From: an uncultured Acidobacteriota bacterium
GTDB taxonomy: Bacteria; Acidobacteriota; UBA6911
Assembly: GCA_963827655.1 (NCBI GenBank)
Contig: CAWHCF010000051.1
Span: 13,322 to 77,321, forward strand
Length of the DNA stretch: 64,000 nt
Reading direction: 5' to 3'
Shown: positions 21,888 through 31,738 of the stretch, one piece after another
How the letters are laid out: each line of letters begins with the position of its first letter
Position numbering within the stretch: position 1 is the stretch's first letter
The notes under the pieces: generated by a model
What the model was told of the DNA's origin: nothing
Seen by the model: only the letters and a program-made list of their open reading frames with translations
Database searches by the model: none
Position numbers and translations under genes: made by a program

Positions 21888-22676
21888 ATGTATCGACGTG
21901 CCAGTCTAATTGTAGTTCTGCTGAGCTCTGTTCTGGTGTGGGCGGCGGACAAGGATTTCTGGGACACGAAGCCCTACAGCGAATGGAATGATAAAGAAGT
22001 CGAAAAACTGCTGAAGAACTCCCCCTGGTCGAGGAGCGTAACCCTCAGCATGGGGACGATGGGAGCGCCGGGCTATGGCAACGAATCCCGGCAGCAGTAC
22101 CCGCGCACCTCCGGCGGAGCCGGCACCCAGACTCCCGGCGGAGCCGGCACCCAGACTCCCGGCGGCGCTGAGAGTGACCCCGTCGGCGGCGGGCAGCGAG
22201 GCCCCGGCGGGGTGGGTGATCCTTCAGAAAGGCCCAGCATCCCGCTCGTCGTCCACTGGTACTCCCGGCCCGTTCGGGAAGCCTTCGCGCGCCGCGTCCA
22301 ACTTCGCAAGCCTGAAGCGCCTAAGGAGCAGCTGGATAGTCTGCTCAATTACGACGACCCGACTCACTTTGCCATCCTGATCACCGGCTTCCCGGGGAAT
22401 ATGCCCGGCAGCGCGCCGGCCGAACTCGTCCAGAGACTAAAAGAAGAGACTTATCTTCAGAAGAAGAACAAAGAAAAAATTCCGCTGGCGGAGGTCGTAC
22501 CGCCTTCCGGACCGGGGCAACCTTTAATCCTGAAGTTTCTCAGCGAAGCCGATGGAAAACCGGCCCTGACGCTGGAGGACAAAGAGGTAGAACTGGTATC
22601 GAGACTGGCGGGAGATTCGTTGCGAGCCAAGTTCAAGCTGGCGGATATGGTCGTGAACGGGAAGCTCGAACTCTAA
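21888..22676 (+). CDS. Secreted hypothetical protein with Gly-rich linker
   Basis: RBS GGAGGT, signal peptide, FWDTKPYSEWNDKEVEKLLKNSPW, C-terminal KFKLADMVVNGKLEL. Confidence 0.75.
   Translation: MYRRASLIVVLLSSVLVWAADKDFWDTKPYSEWNDKEVEKLLKNSPWSRSVTLSMGTMGAPGYGNESRQQYPRTSGGAGTQTPGGAGTQTPGGAESDPVGGGQRGPGGVGDPSERPSIPLVVHWYSRPVREAFARRVQLRKPEAPKEQLDSLLNYDDPTHFAILITGFPGNMPGSAPAELVQRLKEETYLQKKNKEKIPLAEVVPPSGPGQPLILKFLSEADGKPALTLEDKEVELVSRLAGDSLRAKFKLADMVVNGKLEL
22111..22165 (+). repeat. Perfect 24-bp in-frame tandem duplication (GGAGTQTP x2)
   Basis: CCGGCGGAGCCGGCACCCAGACTC twice, plus a partial third unit. Confidence 0.9.
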
Positions 22677-22688
22677 GAGAAATACCTG

Positions 22689-22745
22689 CCACCACAAGGA
22701 CGCGAAGCCGCGAAGAATCTTTCGCGGCTTCGTGCCTTCGTGGTC
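22689..22745. repeat. Nonamer-family hairpin between convergent genes
   Basis: ACCACAAGGACGCGAAGCCGCGAAGA-atc-TTTCGCGGCTTCGTGCCTTCGTGGT. Confidence 0.8.
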
Positions 22746-23607
22746 AAAACAACACCTGGGCCAGACGCTTCCGGTACTCTTCCGCCAGGTCGCTTCTTTC
22801 CCCAACCAGCGCGAACACGGTCAGCATCGCCTTGCGCGCCGTCTGGTCTTGAAAATTCTTGTCACGGCTCAGGACGGAAAGAAACTCCTCCAGGGCTCCG
22901 CGGAAATCACCAGCCACAACCAGGCAGCAGGCATGAGCGTACCGGGCTTCGAGGTTCGTCGGTTCTGCCGCCGCGCGCGCGGCGGCTGCGTCCGGTCCAC
23001 CGTTTCGAGTGCAGACGACCTGGAATTCGAGCGATTGCTTGAGCTGCTGGGCTTGGCCCGACGCCGGCGACGAAACCGAAACCCGGTTCCAGAATGACTC
23101 AGCTCCGGCCGTGTCGCCCGCGGTGGCGCGCATCTTTCCCAGCTCCACCAGAGCGCCCCCATGAGACGAATCGAGTTCGAGCGCGGATTCAAACTCACGT
23201 TGCGCCTCGTCGGGAAGCCGGCGCTCGAGCAGCGCCAGCCCCTGGCTGTACTTGCGGTCGGCGGCGGTTGGACAGTGCTTGCGCAGAAAACTACGCGCCT
23301 TGCTTTCGGAAACGGCGCCCATGAACTCGTCCACCACGGTGCCGTTCTTGAAGAGTTTTACATTGGGAATGCTCCGGATGGCAAAGTGTTCCGCGAGTTC
23401 CGGATTCTCTTCGGTGTTGACTTTGGCCAGCAGGAAATCGCCTCCGAATTCCTCAGCCAGGCGTTCCAGGACGGGACTCAGAACTCTGCACGGCCCGCAC
23501 CAGGCCGCCCAGAAATCAACGGCCACTGGACGCTTGAACGATTCGTCAATTACCGACTTCTGGAAGTCGGAGAGCTGCACATCTCTCACGTGAAGGGCTG
23601 TCGCCAC
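22744..23607 (-). CDS. cnoX: Thioredoxin-TPR chaperedoxin CnoX/YbbN
   Basis: VDFWAAWCGPC thioredoxin domain plus C-terminal TPR ending YRKRLAQVLF. Confidence 0.88.
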   Translation of the reverse strand: MATALHVRDVQLSDFQKSVIDESFKRPVAVDFWAAWCGPCRVLSPVLERLAEEFGGDFLLAKVNTEENPELAEHFAIRSIPNVKLFKNGTVVDEFMGAVSESKARSFLRKHCPTAADRKYSQGLALLERRLPDEAQREFESALELDSSHGGALVELGKMRATAGDTAGAESFWNRVSVSSPASGQAQQLKQSLEFQVVCTRNGGPDAAAARAAAEPTNLEARYAHACCLVVAGDFRGALEEFLSVLSRDKNFQDQTARKAMLTVFALVGERSDLAEEYRKRLAQVLF

Positions 23608-23625
23608 TCGAAAACCCCTTTCCGC

Positions 23626-23745
23626 CGATTGCAGATTTACGATTGACGATTGACGATTTAAAAATCAATAGTCAACGTTTGCTGCCAGGCTATCCGTCAA
23701 TCATCAATCTGCAATCGTCAATCGTCAATCGTACAATCGTCAATC
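23626..23745. repeat. GACGATT/AATCGTC heptamer-array hairpin (site C), overlapping the P450 3' end
   Basis: CGATTGCAGATTTACGATTGACGATTGACGATTT ... CAATCATCAATCTGCAATCGTCAATCGTCAATCGTACAATCGTCAATCG. Confidence 0.9.
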
Positions 23746-25069
23746 GGCCCAGCATGCCATGCTTGGGCCGGAGCGTAATGAGCGGCTGAAGCTTCACTGG
23801 ATGCCCCGGAACGAGCCGCATGCTCCACTTCTGTGCCAGAGTAGCCAGAACCAGCACTCCTTCGAGCCATGCGAAGGATTCCCCGATACAAACCCGCGGA
23901 CCTCCGCCGAACGGGAAGTAGGAGAACTTGGGACGCGCAGCCTGAGCTTCCGGCGTCCACCGTTCCGGATCAAACCGGTGCGGATCCGGGAAGAAGCGCG
24001 GGTCATGATGCATCACAAACGGGCTCATCAAGACGATGGACCGCTCCGGCAAAAGGTAGTCATCGATTCTGTAGGGGCTCATGGCGCGGCGGCCGATGGC
24101 CCAGGCGGGTGGATAGAGGCGCATGGCCTCGGAAAACACCATCTCGGTATAGCGTAATCTGGGCACATGGTCGAGGGTGGGGAGCTGGCCGGCGAGCACG
24201 GCCTTGAGCTCTTCGTGCAACCTGGCTTCTGCATCAGGATTCTGTGACAGCAGATACCAGCTCCACGTAAGCGCATTGGCCGTGGTTTCGTGGCCGGCGA
24301 GAAAAATGGTCATGGCCTCGTCGCGCACCTGAAGATCAGTCATGCCGCCGCTGTCCCCCTCCTCGTCCTGAGCCAGAAGGAGCATGGAGAGAAGATCGCC
24401 CCGGTCGACCCCGCGCGCGCGGTGTTCGTGGATGATCCGGTAAATCGTGGCATCGAGACGCTCGCGCGCTCTTCGAAATCGGCGATTGCTGGGAAGCGGA
24501 AGCCGGTCGACGACACCGGAAAACGGCGTCGTGACTCGCCTGAATACTTGCATGACGTCGGTAAGGGCCTGGCCGATCTCTTTGGCCTCCGCCTCCACGT
24601 CGGCATCAAACAGGGTTTTTGCGACGATCGAGAGGGTGAGGCGCATCATCTCCTGCGCCATATCCACGGTGGCGCCTTCTTGCCAGCGCTGCGCCAGGCG
24701 GGCGCTGTAGTCGGCCATCACGCCTCCGTAGGCGGCGATCCGGTCCCGGTGGAATGCAGGCTGAGCCAGGCGTCGTTGACGGCGGTGAAATTCATCCTCG
24801 CTGGTCAGCAAACCGTTGCCGAGGAAGCGCCGCGCAATCTCGAGCCCGCGGCTCTTGTGAAATAGACGGCTGTTGGTTACCAGCACATCCCTGATGTAGT
24901 CGGGATGGTTGAGCAGGAAAACGTCCTGCGAGCCCAGCTTGAAATGAACGATATCGCCATAGGTTTGAGCCAGCGTGGTCAAGAAACCGATCGGGTCCCG
25001 GCGGAATTCAAACAGACTGCCGAAGATCGGCTTGCCCTTTGGTCCTTGCGGGCGTACGGCGGCTGTCAT
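23690..25069 (-). CDS. Cytochrome P450
   Basis: AGHETTA I-helix, EAMR (ExxR), [16 protein letters not shown] heme ligand. Confidence 0.96.
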   Translation of the reverse strand: MTAAVRPQGPKGKPIFGSLFEFRRDPIGFLTTLAQTYGDIVHFKLGSQDVFLLNHPDYIRDVLVTNSRLFHKSRGLEIARRFLGNGLLTSEDEFHRRQRRLAQPAFHRDRIAAYGGVMADYSARLAQRWQEGATVDMAQEMMRLTLSIVAKTLFDADVEAEAKEIGQALTDVMQVFRRVTTPFSGVVDRLPLPSNRRFRRARERLDATIYRIIHEHRARGVDRGDLLSMLLLAQDEEGDSGGMTDLQVRDEAMTIFLAGHETTANALTWSWYLLSQNPDAEARLHEELKAVLAGQLPTLDHVPRLRYTEMVFSEAMRLYPPAWAIGRRAMSPYRIDDYLLPERSIVLMSPFVMHHDPRFFPDPHRFDPERWTPEAQAARPKFSYFPFGGGPRVCIGESFAWLEGVLVLATLAQKWSMRLVPGHPVKLQPLITLRPKHGMLGRLTIVRLTIDDCRLMIDG

Positions 25070-25122
25070 TCAAACCCTCTCTTTTTGGGCGTCTTCACAT
25101 GCTTTTGCGGTGAGCTTCGCCT

Positions 25123-26046
25123 TTAACTCAAGGGACGGGAGGCGCTGACGGGATAGTATTGATCGATTTTCTTCTTGAGGAATTCGACGCTGCGAGCCAT
25201 CTGCTCCAATCCGTCGACGCCGTCTTCGACCGAAATCCACCCGCAATAGTTGATCTCACGAAGGATTTGAAAGATGGCGTCGTAGTCATTCAACCCTTTG
25301 CCGATCTCTCCGTGAAGCAGGTCGGGCGAGTAGCCGAGAGTCCCGTCAGCCTGCTTCAGATCCTGCAGCCGGGCGTTTCCTTTCAGGTAGCGATCCGAAG
25401 CCTGCATGGTGACAACGCGATGTTTCACCTTCCGCAGGAAGTCGACCGGGTCTTCGCCCGCGAGTATGGAATTGCTGGGATCGTATTGCACACCGAAGTT
25501 GGGTGAATCGATCTGTTCAATGATCTTGAGGTAGACCTCGCTTCGCTGGGCAAATTCCGGGTAGCGCCAGAGCCCGTCTTTGTAATGATTCTCCATGCAC
25601 AGAGTGACGCCGCGGGGAAGGGCATATTCCAGGCTGGCTCGAATTCCCTCGACGGCCCAGCGCACTCCGTCCTCCGGAGACGTCTCCGGATGTCTCTGCC
25701 CGGAGAGCGTCCGGCAATAAACGGTTCCCAATTTCAGACTGAGGTCGATGGCCTCCTCCTGACGGTGGAGCTGGCGAACGCGCTCGGCCGCATCGGGATG
25801 AGTGAAATCAGGCGAAAAGCAGAGCATGGATGTGCGCAATCCGGCTCTGTCCATGGCAGTGAGCACCTGATCAAGCTCTGCGGCATCGCGCCGCTGGAAG
25901 AAGCCGTCATACATTTCGATGGCCTCTATGTCCAGTGTCGCGGCCTCATCGATCCACTCGAGAAGCGACATCCGGGCACTGCAGAGCTGGTCGAAATAAG
26001 CTTTGGGAAAAACGGAAACGGATGGCCGGCTTGCCTGGGCGTTCAC
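25123..26046 (-). CDS. Sugar phosphate isomerase/epimerase (xylose isomerase-like TIM barrel)
   Basis: LCMENHYK, YDPSN, GWISVED. Confidence 0.85.
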   Translation of the reverse strand: MNAQASRPSVSVFPKAYFDQLCSARMSLLEWIDEAATLDIEAIEMYDGFFQRRDAAELDQVLTAMDRAGLRTSMLCFSPDFTHPDAAERVRQLHRQEEAIDLSLKLGTVYCRTLSGQRHPETSPEDGVRWAVEGIRASLEYALPRGVTLCMENHYKDGLWRYPEFAQRSEVYLKIIEQIDSPNFGVQYDPSNSILAGEDPVDFLRKVKHRVVTMQASDRYLKGNARLQDLKQADGTLGYSPDLLHGEIGKGLNDYDAIFQILREINYCGWISVEDGVDGLEQMARSVEFLKKKIDQYYPVSASRPLS

Positions 26047-26675
26047 TTTAGCAGTAGTTTCGCCCCTTCTTCCTTGGACAGCGGGCGGATCTTGACGTTA
26101 CGGAAAGAGACCTGGCCGTGGTCTCCCTGCAGCCGGAGAGGGCCGGGGGCGTCGTCACGTTCGCTGCTCGCCCCGGTCCCCTTGGGACCTACGTCGATAT
26201 TGTCGAGTATCTTCTGGTTGTTGTGGCGAACCGTGAGGCGCTGGCCGACAAAGACGATGTCAAACGCTTCCCACTCGCCCACTGGTTTGCAAGCGTTCTT
26301 GGCGGGTGTGGTACGGCGATAGAGCGCGCCGCAGCTACCGAAGTCAGACGGCTTGCCATGGCTATCAAGGATCTGGATTTCGTATCGATCGCGCATGTAG
26401 ACACCCGAGTTGCTGCCGGGCGCAATCTTGAACTCAACGTGGAGTTCAAAATCATTAAAATCCTTGTCGGTCATAAGGTCCGTCCCTTTGGCCGCAGTGG
26501 TGTAAACTCCGTTCTCGACTTTCCAGAGATTCGGACCGTCGGGCTTGCGAAGATGCCAGCCCTGAAGATCTTTTCCGTTGAAGAGGGAAATCCAGCCATC
26601 GGAATACAGGTTGCCCGCGGACAACGTTCCAATGATCGATAGAATAGAAACTTGGATGACGGATCGGGTTCTCAT
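26043..26675 (-). CDS. DUF1080 family (3-keto-disaccharide hydrolase-like) secreted protein
   Basis: WISLFNGKDLQGW, NSGVY, YEIQILD, LQGDHG.VSFRNVKIR. Confidence 0.9.
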   Translation of the reverse strand: MRTRSVIQVSILSIIGTLSAGNLYSDGWISLFNGKDLQGWHLRKPDGPNLWKVENGVYTTAAKGTDLMTDKDFNDFELHVEFKIAPGSNSGVYMRDRYEIQILDSHGKPSDFGSCGALYRRTTPAKNACKPVGEWEAFDIVFVGQRLTVRHNNQKILDNIDVGPKGTGASSERDDAPGPLRLQGDHGQVSFRNVKIRPLSKEEGAKLLLK

Positions 26676-26770
26676 GCGGACTCTCTTCCTCCTCGAATGC
26701 TATTGCCGTGCCCCAACGACTTGATCCAACCATAGTCTGGTTCGGGTTTAGATTTCAATACATGTTTTTC

Positions 26771-26951
26771 CGATTGCGGATCATCTCCGATTGCGGATTA
26801 TTCCGATTGCGGATTGCGGATTTCAGATTGCGGATTGGAAAAAACGGAGCATGCTGTTGGGTCGACAGTCACGTGCGCGCACTATGAAACAGATAACGAA
26901 ACAATCCGCAATCCGACAATCCGCAATCCGAAATCCGCAATCCGCAATCGG
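26771..26951. repeat. TGCGGAT/ATCCGCA heptamer-array hairpin in a divergent intergenic region
   Basis: CCGATTGCGGATTGCGGATTTCAGATTGCGGATTG (26803..26837) vs CAATCCGCAATCCGACAATCCGCAATCCGAAATCCGCAATCCGCAATCGG (26902..26951). Confidence 0.93.
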
Positions 26952-26952
26952 A

Positions 26953-28137
26953 ATGGCCGAGTTCTTCGGGCTTCGCGCCAATATCGTGGCGTTGCTGGCC
27001 GCGATAATCTTTATCGGCAGCGGCGAGGAACTCTGGATTCGATTTGTGCCCAAGTACCTCGAGGTTCTTGGCGCCGGAACTTTTGTAATCGGGATCTACG
27101 ACGGCCTCAAGACACTGCTGGGTGCGGTGTACGCTTACCCCGGCGGGATCTTGACCGATCGATGGGGACACCGGAAGGCGCTGTCGTTTTTTACGGCGCT
27201 CTCGATCGCCGGGTACCTCATTGTCTATGCGATTCCGCACTGGGCCGCTGTCCTGGGAGCCACCTTTCTTTTTCTGGCCTGGGCTTCGTTTTCGCTTCCG
27301 GCCACGTTCTCACTGGTGGGCACGAACCTTGCGCCGGAAAAATATGGAATGGGAATCGCCCTGCAGTCGATCATCAAGCGTATTCCGGTTCTGATTGGAC
27401 CGGTTTTGGGCGGTATCCTGATCGACAGGTTCGGCCTGCATGCCGGCATCCGTATTGGGCTCCTGGCCTCCGCCGTCCTGGGGTTGATTGCGATGCTGGT
27501 CCAAAACAGGATTTCCGAGATTGAGTTGCGCGGCGCGAAGGACGTCCCGCTGCGGTTTCGCTTTGCGGTTGGGCAGTTCCGGCCGGAACTGCGGCGTCTC
27601 CTTCTGTCAGACATCCTGGTTCGCTTCTGCGAACGCATCCCGGCAGCCTGGGTGGTTATCATGGTAATGTCGCGCGCCGGCTTGAGCGCCAGGGAATTCG
27701 GCTATCTAACCGCATTGGAAGTTGCCGTCGCGATGCTCTGCTTCATACCGGTCGCCTACCTGTCGGATCGTTATGGTCGAGAGCCTTTTGTGATCTTGAC
27801 CTTTGTGTTTTTCACGCTCTTTCCCCTCGCCTTGCTTCAGGCGCAGACCTTGTCCTGGCTCGCGCTCGCCTTCACGATTCGTGGTTTGAAAGAGTTTGGC
27901 GAGCCTGCGCGCAAGGCGCTCATCATTCGGTACAGCTCCGGCTCGAATCAAGGACAACTGATAGGGGCGTACTATCTGATTCGAGACATTACCGTCACAC
28001 CGGGGGCGCTGCTCGGCGCCTGGTTGTGGGCCGCCGGACCCGAGGTCAATTTTTGGGGAGCATTTCTTTTCGGTCTGCTGGGCACCGCGTACTACGCCTT
28101 GACGGTAGCACGTATTGCATTGACGATTTACGATTGA
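26953..28137 (+). CDS. MFS transporter
   Basis: About 12 hydrophobic segments, GGILTDRWGHRK and LSDRYGRE motif A. The N-terminal 54 aa of ORF 26791 is repeat-derived, so the start is placed at MAEFF. Confidence 0.88.
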   Translation: MAEFFGLRANIVALLAAIIFIGSGEELWIRFVPKYLEVLGAGTFVIGIYDGLKTLLGAVYAYPGGILTDRWGHRKALSFFTALSIAGYLIVYAIPHWAAVLGATFLFLAWASFSLPATFSLVGTNLAPEKYGMGIALQSIIKRIPVLIGPVLGGILIDRFGLHAGIRIGLLASAVLGLIAMLVQNRISEIELRGAKDVPLRFRFAVGQFRPELRRLLLSDILVRFCERIPAAWVVIMVMSRAGLSAREFGYLTALEVAVAMLCFIPVAYLSDRYGREPFVILTFVFFTLFPLALLQAQTLSWLALAFTIRGLKEFGEPARKALIIRYSSGSNQGQLIGAYYLIRDITVTPGALLGAWLWAAGPEVNFWGAFLFGLLGTAYYALTVARIALTIYD

Positions 28138-28207
28138 CGATTGACGATTGAAACCAGATGGCGGCGCGCCTCTTTAAATCGTCAATCGTCAATCGTAAAT
28201 CGTCAAT
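28119..28207. repeat. GACGATT/AATCGTC heptamer-array hairpin (site D)
   Basis: Perfect 31-bp inverted repeat (28119..28149 / 28177..28207); left arm identical to site A. Confidence 0.95.
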
Positions 28208-28217
28208 CGTCTGTGGG

Positions 28218-28246
28218 TTGACATCGTTCGCGCGTCGCGGCATACT
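28218..28246 (+). promoter_or_regulatory. Sigma70-type promoter
   Basis: TTGACA-17 nt-CATACT, immediately after hairpin D. Confidence 0.6.
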
Positions 28247-28347
28247 CGATTGGATGTTTCTCTAATCCGATTGAAATCTTTCTTAGTCCGGGATGATGCG
28301 CGACTCAATATTCATGAGTGGCATGCCCCGTTTTTGGGAGTGGCCCT

Positions 28348-29712
28348 ATGTCGGAAAAGATGCAAATCAACCGCAGGGAGTTTATTCACCGGAGCGCGAT
28401 CGGAGGAGCCGCCGTCGGGATGGCTCTGGAGGAATTGCATGGCGAAAGCCCGGACCCCATTGCTCCCGTGCCCGCCAATGAAAAGATAACGGTGGGTGTG
28501 ATCGGCGTCGGAGCCCGGTCACATGAGCTGATGCAAGCCATCATGACTCTGGCCAATACCGAAATCGTGGGAGTTTGCGATGCATACACCGGACGCGTTG
28601 AGCGCGCCGTGGCCCGCACGAAAGGGAGGGCGAAAATCTACAAAGACTATCGCGAGATACTCGCCGATAAATCGATCGACACGGTAGTCATCTCAACGCC
28701 GGATCACTGGCACGCCACGATGGCGGTTGACGCGCTTCGGGCCGGCAAGGACGTCTACATTGAAAAGCCGCTGACCTATACGGTCGAAGAAGGAAATACC
28801 ATTATTTCCGAGGTGAAAAAGAGCGGGCGAATCCTGCAGGTGGGAAGCCAGGGAATGAGCTCGCGCATCCAGCAGAAGGCTCGGGAACTGATCGCATCCG
28901 GAAAACTGGGACAGGTAACGATGATTCGCGCCTTCTATAATCGAAATACGGCCGGCGGCGCCTGGATCTATCCCATCCCGCCGGATGCCTCTCCGGCGAC
29001 GGTCAACTGGGAGATGTTCCTGGGACCGGCCCCGAAGCGCCCGGTAGATTATGCGCGCTTCTTCCGATGGAGATGCTATCAGGATTACTCAGGCGGGATC
29101 TCAACGGATCTCTTCGTTCATCTATGCACCAGCATTCATTTCATGATGAACGCCAAGATGCCGGCCCACGTTGTGGCCATGGGCCAGCTCTATCGCTGGA
29201 AAGAGTCTCGAGATGTTCCGGACACGATCAATGCCATCCTGGAATATCCCGAGGGTTTCACCGCCAACCTGAGCAGCACTTTCAACAACCAGACGGGTTC
29301 CGAAGGAGGAGGGTTCCAGATCCTCGGCACCAAAGGAAGCCTGGTGCTCGGCGGGTCAGGAATGACTTTTAATCCGGAAATCACGCACGAAGACAATCGC
29401 TGGATCGTAGAGAGCTGGGCCTCTGGACTGCAGGAGGCCTATTACAAAGACCCAAAGGTCCGGACTGAAGAGTTGCCGGGGACCAGGGAACCCGAGGTTA
29501 TTCCGGGACAGGAGCAATACCGGGAAATCGGATTGGAAGCCACGGTGATCCACTTCCGTAATTTCTTCTCTTCGGTCAAGACGCGAAAGCCGCCGATGGA
29601 AGACGCCCTGGCGGGGCACCGGGCGGCCTCTTGCGCCCATTTAATCAACCGATCCGCTCGCGAAAAGAAAATGGTGAGCTGGGATTCGTCAAGAGAGACA
29701 CTGAAAACCTAA
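28348..29712 (+). CDS. Gfo/Idh/MocA oxidoreductase with Tat signal
   Basis: INRREFI, VGVIGVGAR, ISTPDHWH, GKDVYIEKP, LQVGSQ. Confidence 0.93.
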   Translation: MSEKMQINRREFIHRSAIGGAAVGMALEELHGESPDPIAPVPANEKITVGVIGVGARSHELMQAIMTLANTEIVGVCDAYTGRVERAVARTKGRAKIYKDYREILADKSIDTVVISTPDHWHATMAVDALRAGKDVYIEKPLTYTVEEGNTIISEVKKSGRILQVGSQGMSSRIQQKARELIASGKLGQVTMIRAFYNRNTAGGAWIYPIPPDASPATVNWEMFLGPAPKRPVDYARFFRWRCYQDYSGGISTDLFVHLCTSIHFMMNAKMPAHVVAMGQLYRWKESRDVPDTINAILEYPEGFTANLSSTFNNQTGSEGGGFQILGTKGSLVLGGSGMTFNPEITHEDNRWIVESWASGLQEAYYKDPKVRTEELPGTREPEVIPGQEQYREIGLEATVIHFRNFFSSVKTRKPPMEDALAGHRAASCAHLINRSAREKKMVSWDSSRETLKT

Positions 29713-29809
29713 GATTTTCTTTACCAGACGTCTCTCGGCTGGGGCAGCCCCGCCGGTCGCGCGCTGATCGGTCAGGTACGGCAGCGGCCCCATCCCGGAG
29801 GTCAAAGTT

Positions 29810-30340
29810 ATGATCGAAACTCGAATTCATCGCCGCGTTCATCGCAATCGTAAGAAACACCGCATTCCATTGTCGAAACTTCTTACCTCCGAAGTCGTCA
29901 AGACTGTCGTGGCTCATCCGCGCCGGCTCGAAGAGTTGATTAACATGCTGGATGACCGGGATCGGTGGTTGCGGGACCGGGCGGCCAAGACGCTGGCTCG
30001 GCTTTCCGAGTCACATCCCGGACGTCTCATCAGGGTCGTAGAGCGCCTTCGAGAGGCTCTGGCCGACGATTCGGCCTACGTTCGATGGCATCTTGTCTAC
30101 ACGCTGGGCCGCGTCGGTACACATTTCCCATTGCGTGCTCCTCGCTTCCTTCCGGATCTGAGCGCTCGGCTCGACGATGAAAACCGGATGGTTCGTATCC
30201 TGGCGTCGAGGGCGTTGAATAGCCTGGCCGTGAAAAAACCTCGGATGGTCGAGGAGGCTTTTGAGTCGACAAAGCGGGGTGTTCCGTCTTCACTCGCGCG
30301 CATCCTCCGTGACGCCGGCCTTCGGTCGAAATCATCCTGA
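29810..30340 (+). CDS. HEAT-repeat protein
   Basis: LDDRDRWLRDRAAKTL, LADDSAYVRWHLVYTLG, LDDENRMVRILASRAL. Confidence 0.75.
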   Translation: MIETRIHRRVHRNRKKHRIPLSKLLTSEVVKTVVAHPRRLEELINMLDDRDRWLRDRAAKTLARLSESHPGRLIRVVERLREALADDSAYVRWHLVYTLGRVGTHFPLRAPRFLPDLSARLDDENRMVRILASRALNSLAVKKPRMVEEAFESTKRGVPSSLARILRDAGLRSKSS

Positions 30341-30472
30341 TTCGAGGCGCCGCTCTTCGCAAGCTATGTGGATGCAGGGCCCCGCGTAGCCTCACCGGCC
30401 TAGAGGTTCAAAAAACGGAACAAGTTGTGTGGTACTGCGTAGATATACCTGGGTGTCCATGGACTCGAAAAG

Positions 30473-31738
30473 ATGATAAGAGCATTCGTTATTCTCTGCG
30501 CCTTCGCCTTTTCTTCGGCGATTTCATTGGGCGCAGCTCTTCCTCAAGAAGATAGTTTTTCCAAGAACTTCAAGAAGTTCAAGGACGTGATTTCGGGTGT
30601 GGATTTCTTCGCCGGGAACCGCGCGGACCTGGCGCCGTTTGAGAAGCCGATCGCCGAGGCGCGCGAGAAGCTCTCAGCCTTTCTCGGTGACGATCTTGCC
30701 AAGGGAGCCATTGTGATCTGCTCGAAACTCGAGCAGAAGGACTCCGTGAACGAGATCAAAGTCCTCCGCATGGGCTATCGCTGGGTTCTGATACAGCTCA
30801 CTCCGGAGGCATCGAACCAGGAGATGCTGGCAAACCTCAAATCTCGCTCGGGCGGACAGCTGCCTCCGGAAATGCTCGAAAGGCTTCAGAATCCCTCTCC
30901 TGAAATGAAGGCTGCCGCCCAGGCTGGCATGGTCTCGACAACCGCTCGCCGATGTGCCAATGCCTTGATTTCCATGTCCGTGGCCAAGGACAAGGAGTTT
31001 CGCTCGTCAAGACTCGATGACACGGGAAGAAGCCCACTGTCCGATTGGTTGGATATCGGTCTGGCTGCCTATGCGTCAGGAACGGCGAACTCTAACCTGA
31101 GGTTCCTTCAGGATCGCATGGAGGAAGCTTTCCCGTTGGAAGACGTTCTTGGGATGTCGCGCCCTTTCGTTGCGCCTGGGCAGGCGGGAGGTGTAACGGG
31201 CGGTCCGACGGTCATGTTCCGTCCGGCCGGGGGCGCCGAGCCTGGTCCTGGTACGGGGAATCCCGGGCGGGGGCCCCGTCCGGGAGTTGAGGCTCCTCCG
31301 CCGGGTGAGGTTGTCATTCGCCCAGGCTCCGGTCCGGGTGGGGGCGCCGAACCCGCTCCCGGCGCCGGAGTCGGAACTCCGGAACGCACGCCCCGCTCGG
31401 GAACGGAGGCTCCTCCACCGGGTGCAGTTACGATGCGCGGCGGCTCCACCTCTGCCGCCATGCCCAAAGAGGTACAGGATCGGATGCTGTTTGATGCGCA
31501 AGCCGCTACTTTTTTCAATTATCTGATCCAGAAGGCCGGGGTCGAAAAAGGAAAAGAACTGGTCGAGTGGGACCAGGCAGGGAAGGACCCGGTCGAGTTT
31601 GTGACCCGCCCTGATGTTTTTGGACCGGACCTGGAAAAGACTGAAAAGGAATGGCAGGTCTGGCTGAAGAGCCAGAAGGCGCCGGCCCCCATCCGCATCA
31701 TGACCGGCGGGCCGCGCTCCACCGGGCGTCCTGAATAA
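30473..31738 (+). CDS. Secreted hypothetical protein with duplicated Pro/Gly-rich insert; degenerate gluzincin/DUF1570-like
   Basis: Signal peptide; DWLDIGLAAY, FDAQAATFFNYL..KAG, LEKTEKEWQVWL; two GGAEP...EAPPPG.V..R units. Confidence 0.6.
   Translation: MIRAFVILCAFAFSSAISLGAALPQEDSFSKNFKKFKDVISGVDFFAGNRADLAPFEKPIAEAREKLSAFLGDDLAKGAIVICSKLEQKDSVNEIKVLRMGYRWVLIQLTPEASNQEMLANLKSRSGGQLPPEMLERLQNPSPEMKAAAQAGMVSTTARRCANALISMSVAKDKEFRSSRLDDTGRSPLSDWLDIGLAAYASGTANSNLRFLQDRMEEAFPLEDVLGMSRPFVAPGQAGGVTGGPTVMFRPAGGAEPGPGTGNPGRGPRPGVEAPPPGEVVIRPGSGPGGGAEPAPGAGVGTPERTPRSGTEAPPPGAVTMRGGSTSAAMPKEVQDRMLFDAQAATFFNYLIQKAGVEKGKELVEWDQAGKDPVEFVTRPDVFGPDLEKTEKEWQVWLKSQKAPAPIRIMTGGPRSTGRPE

Noticed and set aside
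26791-26952. N-terminal extensions of ORFs 26791, 5646 and 15011 as real domains
   Set aside because: They are translations of repeat arms ([36 protein letters not shown]), and better starts lie downstream.
23690-29712. Secondary-metabolite gene cluster around the P450
   Set aside because: No PKS/NRPS/terpene/RiPP core gene; neighbours are generic sugar-catabolism and chaperone genes in mixed orientation.
29735-29800. SRP RNA (ffs), suggested by GGTCAGGT...GCAGC
   Set aside because: The conserved CCGGAAGGAA tetraloop helix between those motifs is missing, and no long enclosing stem is evident.
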